A stretch of DNA of 64,000 nt from Candidatus Bathyarchaeia archaeon. Lineage in GTDB: Archaea; Thermoproteota; Bathyarchaeia; Bathyarchaeales; Bathycorpusculaceae. A program made the position numbers and the translations under genes. The notes beneath the pieces are model-generated. The model was not told the DNA's origin, searched no databases, and was given only the letters and a program-made list of their open reading frames with translations. Below, in pieces: positions 31,258-40,584 of the stretch. The stretch's first letter is position 1. Each line of letters begins with the position of its first letter. The stretch lies in assembly GCA_050012255.1 (NCBI GenBank), contig JBEKHN010000002.1, positions 128,001-192,000 on the forward strand, given 5' to 3'.

Positions 31258-32052
31258 GTGAACACAACGGTCGCAGATTATCACGTTCACACGAAGGCTT
31301 CGCCAGACGCTGAGGGAAGCATGAAAGAATACTTGAAAAAGGCTGAACAGAAGAAGATTGAAGAAGTAGGATTCTCAGATCACATTTTTCTGCAGCATCT
31401 TGACGGTTATTCAGATTTTCTCGTCAATGCAATGCCTGCTTACGTTCAAGACTTCTTGGCTTTCAAAAAGAAAGCAGAAATACCGGTCAAACTAGGCGTC
31501 GAAGTGGATTTCTTTCCCGACATAATTGAGAAAATGGGAGCCTTCATTCGCAAGTACCCTTTTGACTACGTGATAGGGTCTGTTCATGTGATTGGTGAAT
31601 GGATAATTGACGAGCCTTCAACAAAAGATGAGTACTCAAGGAGAGACCCTTTCCAAACCTACGAGGAGTATTTCAGACTTGTCAGAGAAATGTGCGCATG
31701 CAGGCTGTTCGACGTTCTGGGCCATCCTGACCTGATCAAGATCTTTGGCACTAGGCCAGAGGAAGACCTGACCCAGATCTACGAGGACACTGCAGAGACG
31801 ATTGCAGGGTCCGAGATGTGTGCGGAGATTAATGCAAAGGGGTTGAATAGACCTTGTCGTGAGATCTATCCGGGTGAACAATTCTTGAAAATACTCCACG
31901 ATCACGATGTTCCCATAGTCTTTGGTTCAGACGCCCATGAGCTGAACGACTTGGGGAAGAATCTTGAAGAGGCCGTGAGACTTGCCAAGAAGGTCGGCTA
32001 TGCCGACGCGTGCAGATTCAGATGCAGAGAGAAAGAACTCGTGAAGATCTGA
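31258..32052 (+). CDS. PHP-family histidinol-phosphatase-like protein (HisJ/HisK type)
   Basis: DYHVH, SDH, GVEVD, IGSVH, GHPD and GSDAH motifs. Confidence 0.88.
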   Translation: MNTTVADYHVHTKASPDAEGSMKEYLKKAEQKKIEEVGFSDHIFLQHLDGYSDFLVNAMPAYVQDFLAFKKKAEIPVKLGVEVDFFPDIIEKMGAFIRKYPFDYVIGSVHVIGEWIIDEPSTKDEYSRRDPFQTYEEYFRLVREMCACRLFDVLGHPDLIKIFGTRPEEDLTQIYEDTAETIAGSEMCAEINAKGLNRPCREIYPGEQFLKILHDHDVPIVFGSDAHELNDLGKNLEEAVRLAKKVGYADACRFRCREKELVKI

Positions 32053-32163
32053 TCAGCAAGAGGATAGCGAAACAGGAAGTCTTTGCCAAGAGATGTGGTC
32101 TTTGAACGGAAAAAGCCTATACTTGAAGATACCGGTTTGGCAGCTTAAGCACGTCATCAAAAT

Positions 32164-32946
32164 GTGGATGGAGACCAGCGAAACATGTCTATGGTTTTCA
32201 TAGTAGGAACTGCGGGGTCTGGAAAGTCTAGACTCACAGCCGCATTTGGCGATTGGCTGAAGCTGTCTAAACAGGACGTTGCAATCGTGAACTTGGATCC
32301 GGGAGTGTCTGTACTTCCATATTCGCCAGAAATCGATGTTCGCGACTACGTTGATGTTGGAAAATTGATGGAGGAGTATCAACTGGGTCCAAACGGCGCT
32401 CTGGTAATGGCCGCTGACCTGGTTGCAGACCAGGTTGAAGAGATTTCGAAGGAGATTGAAGAGTTGCAGTCCGACATTGTTCTGGTCGACACCTCGGGAC
32501 AGATGGAGTTGTTCGCTTTCCGGGCGAGTGGACCCTACATCGTTAACGAACTTACAAAGGGGCCGAGAGTAATAGTCTACTTGTTCGACGCAGTTTTTTC
32601 GGTCAACCCGCTTAACTATGTTTCGAACCTTTTTCTCTCGTCAGCAGTCTACAACAGGTTTATGTTACCTCAATTGTATCTGCTTTCGAAATGCGACCTG
32701 CTTCCGAAAGAGGAGGTTAACAAGATCGTCGATTGGTCGACCAGCCAGGATGCTCTAGCCAACATCATCGAACAGAAACTTGAAGGGACAAGACGTTTAC
32801 TGAGTAGAGGCGTGATGCAAGCGATTTACAAGCTCGGACTAAGGTTTCCTTTGATTCCTGTTTCAGCCAGCACGAACGAGGGAATAATAAACTTCAACAC
32901 AGCCCTAGAACGCATCCTCGCCCAGGGTGACAAGTACACCTTTTAA
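32164..32946 (+). CDS. GPN-loop GTPase
   Basis: GTAGSGKS, NLDPG, LGPNG, DTSGQME and SKCD motifs. Confidence 0.94.
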   Translation: MDGDQRNMSMVFIVGTAGSGKSRLTAAFGDWLKLSKQDVAIVNLDPGVSVLPYSPEIDVRDYVDVGKLMEEYQLGPNGALVMAADLVADQVEEISKEIEELQSDIVLVDTSGQMELFAFRASGPYIVNELTKGPRVIVYLFDAVFSVNPLNYVSNLFLSSAVYNRFMLPQLYLLSKCDLLPKEEVNKIVDWSTSQDALANIIEQKLEGTRRLLSRGVMQAIYKLGLRFPLIPVSASTNEGIINFNTALERILAQGDKYTF

Positions 32947-33008
32947 CCTTGTGCAAGATGGAGAAATGATTTCAGTCTTCGCTACGGAGCGCGCGCGGAA
33001 GAGCTTAC

Positions 33009-33049
33009 ACGTTTTGCATATACGTTTTGCATATACGTTTTGCATATAC
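33009..33049. repeat. Perfect tandem repeat, 3 x 13 bp (ACGTTTTGCATAT)
   Basis: Read directly in the convergent intergenic gap. Confidence 0.9.
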
Positions 33050-33107
33050 AGTTGGCGAGGATTGTTGAAAAGCGCGTGCTAAAATGGAGGAAGGCAAATG
33101 TGGACCT

Positions 33108-33536
33108 TTATCGGTTGACTTTGGGGACATAATATTCTCTTACGATGCCCGCTGTCAGAGCAATTAGGCCTACTGCCAACAAATAGACCATTGGATAAAT
33201 GAATATTGAGAGCATGGTTTGGTACGTTGCTCCTGACGGCAACTGTGGAGAGAAGAACACTGCAAGCCACATTATGACGAAAGTGACGATGCATCCAATT
33301 CCTAATCCCACAGAGAGTCCGTTGACAAAAATGTTCTTATCGCCTCTGTTGTTTTGCTCATCGTTGAGCTTGCCGGTTTCGCAAGGTGGTTCTTTTTCCT
33401 CTTTCACCGTTGCGATGGTCTCATCTTCAGGCTTCGGTTCCGTTTGTTCTTCTTCCCACTCTTGATCAGTGTCTTCTACCCATGGCTCCTCATGATTCTT
33501 CAATTCTTGTTGGGGAGCTTGATCTTTAGCCTCCAT
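33108..33536 (-). CDS. Hypothetical membrane protein with acidic N-terminus and two TM helices
   Basis: 142-aa ORF composition. Confidence 0.6.
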   Translation of the reverse strand: MEAKDQAPQQELKNHEEPWVEDTDQEWEEEQTEPKPEDETIATVKEEKEPPCETGKLNDEQNNRGDKNIFVNGLSVGLGIGCIVTFVIMWLAVFFSPQLPSGATYQTMLSIFIYPMVYLLAVGLIALTAGIVREYYVPKVNR

Positions 33537-33638
33537 ACTGTTCGCCTTGGTTCTTGTTCTGGTCCATGCACTAATAAGACTATTCGATTCGAGATTTTGA
33601 CGTAGAATAAGAATTCAGAATACGCAGGAGTGAAAGGG

Positions 33639-33902
33639 TTATTTTGAGATGAGTTTGGGCGTGAGCTGTTCTATAGCGGTTTTCAGTTTGTTCCATTCGT
33701 CCAGGTTTCTCACGTTGAACTTGTGTTTTCTTTTCCATGCGTCCTCTTTTTTTTGCCACAGGTACAGGCCGATTGACCGTTTTCCATACGATTCGAAGAT
33801 GACAGCTGCCTCCCACCATTTCTGGCTCTTGAAAAGAGTGACGTAGTCAACGACTTTATAGAAGTCGGATATGGGTAGTTTTTCCTCTGTGCCTTCGGTC
33901 AT
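33639..33902 (-). CDS. Hypothetical protein (87 aa, Trp-rich, beta-rich)
   Basis: Protein-like composition, upstream TTTAAA box. Confidence 0.6.
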   Translation of the reverse strand: MTEGTEEKLPISDFYKVVDYVTLFKSQKWWEAAVIFESYGKRSIGLYLWQKKEDAWKRKHKFNVRNLDEWNKLKTAIEQLTPKLISK

Positions 33903-34078
33903 GATATTTCAACCCGTCCTTGATAAGGTCTTGTTTTTGGCATTTAAACGTTTCAACGGCAGGCATCAGGTTTTTCAGCGCGTGGTGTGGCCTCATAATC
34001 CGATGGGTTTGTTGCCTGTTGACGGCGATGAGTACAGGTACGTCATAGCGCAGGTTAGAAAGTAGGAAGGCTGAGTTG

Positions 34079-35194
34079 TCATGTGTGGTTAGCGTTGATG
34101 TTCTTTTTTGCCATCACATAGAGGGGGATTAGCAGAAGTGTGATGGCTCCCAAGAGTATGAAATAGCTCACGTAGCTGGCTTGTGGGATTAGAAAGTACG
34201 TGGGGGCTAGGTTCATGACTCTTCCAACCATGAGGCCGGTTTCCATCATAACCAGGATGCTCGCGTAATATTCTTTGCCAAAGGAGTCTCCGTAGTGGGC
34301 GAACCATGAGATTCGGAAGGCGTTTGCAAAGCCTGAGAGCACTGATAGGATTATGATGTGCTCTGTTGATGACGCGAATCCTATTCCGAAGTACCATGTT
34401 GCGCTGAGTGTTGTGCCGATTACGGCGAATTCGATGCGAGTTCTCTTTACGTCTGAGGCCCAGTTGACGGAGAATGTGATTGCTGAGATCATGACGCCTG
34501 TGACTGTTAATACTAGTCCCATGTTCAACACTGTTCCAGAGATGTTGTAAACGAAGAATGGGTAGGCCAGCCAATAGGATTCGGTCGCGGCAGAAATTAC
34601 AAACGTTGCGAGGAAAATGGCGAACGTCTTGTCTCTGGGCAGTGAGAATTTGTTTTCTTCAGGTTTGTAGTGAATTCGAGTTGAAAGGAGAAATGCGATG
34701 AAGTATAGAGCGACGCAGGTTGCAAAGAGCGACGTGAAACTGAATCTTTCGATGACTAAGCCGCCTGTTGCGGGGCCTACGATGCTTGCAAGGGATGGAA
34801 TTATCGTGGAGAAGAGGCCTATCGTTCGGGCTCGGGTTTTTGTTTCGCTCATTCTGAACAGGAGGAGGTTGAAGCTTGGCCAGAACGTTGCAAGGCTCGT
34901 GCCGTAAGCGAATCCGAGGATCACTGGGTTTCTGGTGTAGATCAGAGCGATGAAGAAAAGCATGCTCGTGAATATTCCAAGGCTCATCACGCGTTCAAAA
35001 TTCTTCGCGGTTTTCAGGAGTGCAATTGGGAGTAGGCCCAGTATCAGGAACGTGAACAGTAGCAATGCACATATCTCTGGCACGCCAAGTCCCTGGTCTT
35101 TGTAGTATATTGGCAAAAAGCTGCCTGTGAGGTTGCTTGTGAGAAAGAATAGAATCACAACTGCAGCCAGCGTCTTCGTGGAGTTGTTTTGCAC
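34079..35194 (-). CDS. MFS transporter
   Basis: About 12 hydrophobic segments; VGPATGG motif. Confidence 0.8.
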   Translation of the reverse strand: MQNNSTKTLAAVVILFFLTSNLTGSFLPIYYKDQGLGVPEICALLLFTFLILGLLPIALLKTAKNFERVMSLGIFTSMLFFIALIYTRNPVILGFAYGTSLATFWPSFNLLLFRMSETKTRARTIGLFSTIIPSLASIVGPATGGLVIERFSFTSLFATCVALYFIAFLLSTRIHYKPEENKFSLPRDKTFAIFLATFVISAATESYWLAYPFFVYNISGTVLNMGLVLTVTGVMISAITFSVNWASDVKRTRIEFAVIGTTLSATWYFGIGFASSTEHIIILSVLSGFANAFRISWFAHYGDSFGKEYYASILVMMETGLMVGRVMNLAPTYFLIPQASYVSYFILLGAITLLLIPLYVMAKKNINANHT

Positions 35195-35419
35195 TATTCA
35201 CGCCCTCAAGGACTCATTCTTCGGCAATAACGGAACATGGGTTAAATAACAATTGTTTCAGGTAGCCAGCGTTTCATCATTCTCAATGAAGAAATCAAAG
35301 GTTTTTGATGTAAGTATGAAAGGCACGATCGCAGATTGATGGCTGCTAAGCATTCCTTCCAAGATGTTGTTTGAGAAATTCAGTTTCAAGCTTGCGTCTG
35401 AGCTGGTGACATTATGGTG

Positions 35420-36628
35420 TTAGCAAGGCGGTATTTTTCCTTCGGCCAATTCCATGCAGAATTTCTGTATGTTTTCAAGTTCATCGTCTAGAACTTCGTT
35501 TATTTTGTGTCTGACCCTGTCTATGTTGTTGTTCCCCTTCATTATGACTTGTGCAGCTGCGATAGCTGGGTGGTCTATGGGGCCTCCTATCTTGCTTAGC
35601 AGCCAAATGTAGACTTCCTCCAGTTCTTCAACCTCTTTGTACACGTGCTCAGCTGTTCTGAAAGTTAGGAAGTTGTAGATTTTTCCCACGTGGCTCACCG
35701 GGTTTTTTCCTGCTGCGGCCTCTGAGCAGAACGGTCTGTTGAGCGATACCAGGCCGTTGACACGGTTTCCTCTGCCCACCTGTCCTGAGTCGCCGCTGTC
35801 TGCGCTTGTGCCTAACACCGTGAGGTACAACCCTCCTAGGCCTCTTCCTTTCACGTCCAGAGTGTTCAGCTGCGCGTCCACTGAGTCGAAGTCCGTGTTA
35901 ACTGCCACGTACTTGTTGATTTCCTCAGCGACCCTTTCCTTCTTTTCGAAGTAGTCTTCTTCGCTGCTTATGTAGCGGTCGACGAACGCCATTGCAACCG
36001 TGAGGTTGAGGTCGTTGCGGTTTCTGAAGGCCATGACTTTCACGTCTTCGCCCGACTCGGGAAAGCGCTTCTTGAACGGCTCTGAGTTCACGTATCTTTC
36101 AGTTTCTAGAACTATCTTCTCTGTTCTTGTCATAGGCGCGTAGCCCACCGCGGCTGACGTGTCGTTGGCGCCCAGCACTTTGCCTTTTCGTTTGAAAATG
36201 TCAGTCAGTCCGACTGAGCCGGGCTTCAGTTCTACCTGGTATTTCACGTGCTCTTCGGGGTCGACGAAGCGCATGTTCTCCTTGAACCAGTTCTGGGCAG
36301 CTTTTACAGCTATTTCGCCGACGTCGATCGTTTGGCCGTCGATTCTGGACGTTGCTCTGTCACCCAGCACGAAGAGTATCGGCTGCTTGATGATGCCGCC
36401 GTTGAACCTTGGCTCGGTTTCTCCGGCGACGAGCAGTGACTTGTCAACATTATGGTGAAGTATAGCCCCTGCTTTTTCCATGTACACTTTGCTGAGGCTG
36501 ATCGATATCCGGTCGGCCACTGCGTCGCAGATGTAGTCGGGGTGTCCGACGCCTTTCCTTTCAACTATCTCTAGGCGTTGTTTCTCAAGGGGTGTCTGTT
36601 TCAAGTCTTCTACGATTATGTTTCGCAT
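35420..36628 (-). CDS. mat: Archaeal S-adenosylmethionine synthetase
   Basis: ERKGVGHPD, ANDTS, GEDVKVM, GQVGRGNR and AGKNPVSHVGK motifs. Confidence 0.96.
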   Translation of the reverse strand: MRNIIVEDLKQTPLEKQRLEIVERKGVGHPDYICDAVADRISISLSKVYMEKAGAILHHNVDKSLLVAGETEPRFNGGIIKQPILFVLGDRATSRIDGQTIDVGEIAVKAAQNWFKENMRFVDPEEHVKYQVELKPGSVGLTDIFKRKGKVLGANDTSAAVGYAPMTRTEKIVLETERYVNSEPFKKRFPESGEDVKVMAFRNRNDLNLTVAMAFVDRYISSEEDYFEKKERVAEEINKYVAVNTDFDSVDAQLNTLDVKGRGLGGLYLTVLGTSADSGDSGQVGRGNRVNGLVSLNRPFCSEAAAGKNPVSHVGKIYNFLTFRTAEHVYKEVEELEEVYIWLLSKIGGPIDHPAIAAAQVIMKGNNNIDRVRHKINEVLDDELENIQKFCMELAEGKIPPC

Positions 36629-36724
36629 TGTGAGTCTCCTTTCTGCGAAGTTTACGCTGTATGGTTGCGATAAATATATATTTTACTGTATGATTCATAA
36701 GTTAAAATAACTGGTGGTTATTTC

Positions 36725-37258
36725 ATGTTAGTAACGGGCAGCTCTATAAGAGAGTTAAGGATTAAAGCAGGTCTCACTCAGAAAACGCTTGCGGCACTAG
36801 TCGGCGTTTCTCAAGCGCACATAGCGAAGATAGAAAGGGGTAAGGTTGATCCTCGGCTCTCAACCGTCAACCGGATCTTGGGCGTTCTCAAGCCTGGGCA
36901 GGAAAGAAAATGTAGAGACGTCATGACCAAGGGCGTGATCTTCGCCAAATATAACGAAGTCATTCTGAAGGCTAGTGAAATCATGGTTAGAAACGCTGTT
37001 TCACAACTTCCCGTGCTTGATGGAAGCAGAGTTGTAGGAACCGTAACAGAGCAGGGCATAGTGCGAAACTTGAGGTCGAGCTTGGCAAGCGAGAAAGTCA
37101 GCAAGGTTATGGACCCGCCTATGCCTGAGGTACGAGAAGACACGAGCATAGAAGCTGTTCGTGCGATGCTGGACAAAAGTCCAGGCGTGCTGGTTAGAAA
37201 GGGTGGAGAAGCAGTGGGCATAATAACGCGGTCAGACCTGTTGAAGACGATTTGTTGA
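36725..37258 (+). CDS. XRE HTH plus CBS-pair transcription regulator
   Basis: GLTQKTLA..VGVSQAHIAKIE.G.VDPRLST; SQLPV; GIITRSDL. Confidence 0.9.
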   Translation: MLVTGSSIRELRIKAGLTQKTLAALVGVSQAHIAKIERGKVDPRLSTVNRILGVLKPGQERKCRDVMTKGVIFAKYNEVILKASEIMVRNAVSQLPVLDGSRVVGTVTEQGIVRNLRSSLASEKVSKVMDPPMPEVREDTSIEAVRAMLDKSPGVLVRKGGEAVGIITRSDLLKTIC

Positions 37259-37273
37259 CAAGTTGAGTCAGGC

Positions 37274-38659
37274 TTAGAATCCCGCTTTCACCACGTCGCG
37301 TGGCTTCATAAGCTCTCTCAGAACTATCGTTGCATAAGAACCACGGTATAGTGTGAAATCCACTTTTATCGCGCGGCTTTGAGGGTCGCCCGCGTCGTCA
37401 GATACGTCGTTCAACGTGAAATCTAGCAGTGGAGCCGTGATAGCTCGCAGTTGTCCTCTCGAACCCATCTCCTGCATGGCTGGAACCTTGAAGTCATGGG
37501 GAGAAACGCCTTCTTCTTCGAGTATTCTGCTCTCGATTTCTCCCTGAACCCCCTGCGACGTGTGTTGTCTGAAGCCGATGAGTGGAATGGCCAGTCGCAC
37601 TTTCCCGTTTCGAACTGTACCGTTTATTTCTGCAAGATTCTCAGAGCTTGCTGTTCTATACATTGTCGGCAATGGCACTCCAGACTTTTCAACGTTTACG
37701 ACGTAGTCCCCAACTTCGGCCGCGTTCAGCGGAAGGCCATCCTTGATTCTGCTGCTCAGGAACCTGTTGAAGAGATAAGACTGGTACGCCTGAATGAAGA
37801 GTTCCAGAAGTTTGGTGGGCAGTCTCTTAAACGCCGCGGCAAAATCGCGGGGTTTTTCAGCTAGGCTTCTCAGCATCATGCGTTCGTACCGTAGCTGTTT
37901 TGGGTAACTTTTGAATGCTTGTTTGAAGTCTTGCGTTGCTTGCAACTCTTGACGTGCTTGTCTTGACTCGGGATGTTCATAGGGGCTCGATTTCGCCAAG
38001 AACAACATTGCTGCCCTCTTGAGGTTTCCCTTGACAAAGCCTTTTCCGACTAGATGAGTTATGGAGCGGGTTGTTCCGAAGCGCTGATGCCCAAAGAAGT
38101 TTGGAATTCCTCCGAGCCCGCGAAGCTCTTCCATGGTCTTCGCAGTTCTTATCTCGATAACGGTTTTGGGATGCTTTACATTTTTGATCCTTACTTGGAA
38201 ACTGTTTCCGAGAAGATAGTAAGAGGAAAGTCCAGTTCGCAAATAGCCTATGGGGCGTACTTCTATGTCCTTGAGGCGGAGCTTCTGAACGTCTTCAATT
38301 GCGACATCTTCGATCGTAACATGTTGGGCAGTTACGGCTTTTGCATCTTTTATGCCGGCGATTTGAATCTGCGTTGTGTGTATGCCTAATTGTTGGGTCA
38401 CGTTTCGGAGGGCTATGAACGTGTCCCAGTTTCGCTTGAACAAGACGCATAATAGATAACGATTTTTGACTGAAGAGGATCCAAGTACTGTTTGCTCAGT
38501 GTTTCCCTCAGACCTGTTTACTTCTGCCTTGGATCCATCAACTAGGAGTTCCTCAACCACAAAGTCCTCGGCACTCTGTCTGATTGTTCCGCCGATTCCT
38601 GGAGAGCGTGTTGCATAAACTTCTATTCCAATCGATCTCTCCAAACCTGGAACAAGCAA
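37274..38659 (-). CDS. truD: tRNA pseudouridine(13) synthase TruD
   Basis: EDFVVEE, AGIKDAKAVT.Q, PNFFGHQRFG and GSYATIVLRE motifs. Confidence 0.95.
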   Translation of the reverse strand: MLVPGLERSIGIEVYATRSPGIGGTIRQSAEDFVVEELLVDGSKAEVNRSEGNTEQTVLGSSSVKNRYLLCVLFKRNWDTFIALRNVTQQLGIHTTQIQIAGIKDAKAVTAQHVTIEDVAIEDVQKLRLKDIEVRPIGYLRTGLSSYYLLGNSFQVRIKNVKHPKTVIEIRTAKTMEELRGLGGIPNFFGHQRFGTTRSITHLVGKGFVKGNLKRAAMLFLAKSSPYEHPESRQARQELQATQDFKQAFKSYPKQLRYERMMLRSLAEKPRDFAAAFKRLPTKLLELFIQAYQSYLFNRFLSSRIKDGLPLNAAEVGDYVVNVEKSGVPLPTMYRTASSENLAEINGTVRNGKVRLAIPLIGFRQHTSQGVQGEIESRILEEEGVSPHDFKVPAMQEMGSRGQLRAITAPLLDFTLNDVSDDAGDPQSRAIKVDFTLYRGSYATIVLRELMKPRDVVKAGF

Positions 38660-38672
38660 TGTCTGCGCCTGC

Positions 38673-39035
38673 TCAAAGAAGCCGGAGTGCGCCCGTTATT
38701 CTATCTATCTTTTCTACAGGTGCAGGACCAATTCCCAGACATGTAACGGTTCCAGGCGGAATTTCTGTGAGGCCCCTATCAACTATCAACGCGCATGGCA
38801 AACCAGACTCTTTGGCCTGCATTTCCAGTTCAGCCATTGCTTTCTCATTCTTTACCTTGACCGCGATCTTGCATTGTCCTTCTTCAAGCCAGTCTTCAAA
38901 CCATTTGCTGCGATGTTTACGCGCCTGTTCCGCTGCCGAAACCGCGGCGTGTCCAGCCTGAGCCGCCGTCTTGCCCCTGCTCAACTTCAGGTCGGACCGG
39001 AAGACAATGACCTGTTTGTAGCGAAATTCAGACAT
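38673..39035 (-). CDS. pth2: Peptidyl-tRNA hydrolase Pth2
   Basis: KQVIV.R.DL, GKTAAQAGHA, DRGLTE and LGIGP motifs. Confidence 0.95.
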   Translation of the reverse strand: MSEFRYKQVIVFRSDLKLSRGKTAAQAGHAAVSAAEQARKHRSKWFEDWLEEGQCKIAVKVKNEKAMAELEMQAKESGLPCALIVDRGLTEIPPGTVTCLGIGPAPVEKIDRITGALRLL

Positions 39036-39076
39036 GCTTCCCTTTACCATTCCTATCAGTCTACGCTTCAAAGATT

Positions 39077-40303
39077 TTAAAGGTTCGCAAAAAAGCCCGT
39101 CAAGAAGAAATAGCTAAGAGCGGCCAGTGCGCGAGGGCTCCGCAGGAGATGCAAAAGCGTTCTTCCCTGAAAGTCTATGTCCTCCACTTTCTGAAGAGTT
39201 TTGTTCAAAGCGAGTCTTGTGCACAATCCGATTAGCCCGTCAAGTCTTCTGTCAGACATAGCGTCGAGCGTTTTCCTCATTCTGACCATCATCTTCGCGT
39301 CGAACCCTAAGGTTTCATCGCATCGGCTTCCGTAAGCGCTTAGGGACTTTGAGGAAAAGTCGTCTTGGCGAATAGCCTCGTGCGCAACTTCAGCACCGAC
39401 TGCTGCGCATGTCATCCCGAAGATGACGCCTCCCCCCGTAGTGGATTTCACCTGTGAGGCTGCGTCTCCGACTGCTAGGAATCCGTTTGAATAGGCTTTT
39501 GGTATTGGACCTCCCAATGTTATCGGGTGAGCCGTGATTTTGTCGATTTTTGCCTTGAGCAGTTTCTTTGAGGCCACGGGATGCTTGGCCACCAGCTTTT
39601 GCAGAAGCTCCTTTGGGTTTCTGGCCTTTGCTGCAAGTCCAACCTTTGCCTTCCCATCCTTCTTCGGTATCAGCCACGCGTAGAAGCCGGGAGCATAATC
39701 TGCTCCCAGGAAAACCTCAACCGTGTCGAGCTGTGTGTCCCTGACGTCTTCAGCTTCCGCCTCGACGCCGTTGACTAGCATACGCTGGCTGGGCCCTCGC
39801 AGACCTGTTTGCCTGAGTATTCTTGAGGATATTCCTTCAGCGTCTATGACCATCTTGGCCTGCCTGTGCTCGGTTTTGCCTTGCCGTTTTATCGTTGCCC
39901 CCTTCACGATGCCATCCTTGACCATCAGACTTTCAACTCTTGAGTCTAAGCAGTACTCTGCTCCTGCGTCCTGTGCTCTTTCTGCAAGGTACTTCTCAAA
40001 GAGGGCACGGTCGACCACGCAGGTCACGGGCGAAGCAAAGTGGACCAAGAATTTTTTGCCAGTCGGCGAATAGAAAGCAGCGCCTCGAAAAGTGTTCTCA
40101 ACGATTTCTACGGGAAGAGGGTGAATCCTCAGACGTTTAAGACCTCGTATGCTGAGGTGGCCGGCGCAGTGGGAGGGAAGGCCTATTTCGCTGTGCTCTT
40201 CATACACGCTGACGTTGATGCCTAGTCTTGCAAGTTTCAAGGCTGCGAAGGAGCCAGACGGGCCGCCTCCAACCACTATTACGTCTGCAACTTCCTTCAT
40301 CAA
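39077..40303 (-). CDS. Geranylgeranyl reductase-family FAD oxidoreductase
   Basis: GGGPSG, CAG, PGFYAWLIP and VGDAASQV..TTGGG motifs. Confidence 0.88.
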   Translation of the reverse strand: MMKEVADVIVVGGGPSGSFAALKLARLGINVSVYEEHSEIGLPSHCAGHLSIRGLKRLRIHPLPVEIVENTFRGAAFYSPTGKKFLVHFASPVTCVVDRALFEKYLAERAQDAGAEYCLDSRVESLMVKDGIVKGATIKRQGKTEHRQAKMVIDAEGISSRILRQTGLRGPSQRMLVNGVEAEAEDVRDTQLDTVEVFLGADYAPGFYAWLIPKKDGKAKVGLAAKARNPKELLQKLVAKHPVASKKLLKAKIDKITAHPITLGGPIPKAYSNGFLAVGDAASQVKSTTGGGVIFGMTCAAVGAEVAHEAIRQDDFSSKSLSAYGSRCDETLGFDAKMMVRMRKTLDAMSDRRLDGLIGLCTRLALNKTLQKVEDIDFQGRTLLHLLRSPRALAALSYFFLTGFFANL

Positions 40304-40338
40304 GATTTCAGCCAGATGTTTCCGCGCGGACTCGCAGC

Positions 40339-40578
40339 TTACGCTATCAGTTCAACCCGTCTCTTCCCGCGAGCCATAGAAGTCATACGGACTTTTCCGC
40401 TGATTTCTAGCCGCATCAATATTTCGTTGAAGTCTTTGAAGCCTAAGTCTTTAAACTCTTCAATCAGCGCGTCAAAGAGTTCTGCGTCGGTCAGGCTTCC
40501 CTTCTTCTCCAAAAGGTCGAGTAGGACGAAGTATGCGGGATGAGTTTTCCACGTCTTAGTCGGCATCGGCATGTGCAC
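40339..40578 (-). CDS. Small wHTH-like protein downstream of cdc48
   Basis: LTDAEL...NEILMRLEISGKVR helix-wing pattern. Confidence 0.6.
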   Translation of the reverse strand: MHMPMPTKTWKTHPAYFVLLDLLEKKGSLTDAELFDALIEEFKDLGFKDFNEILMRLEISGKVRMTSMARGKRRVELIA

Positions 40579-40584
40579 ACTCGC

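Noticed and set aside
33009-33049. CRISPR array
   Set aside because: 13-bp units without spacers; no cas genes.
33970-34050. Possible C/D or H/ACA sRNA (minus strand ATGACG...ATGAGG...CTGA; CCTGT/ACAGG hairpin)
   Set aside because: Boxes are degenerate, spacing is irregular and there is no clear terminal stem or target.
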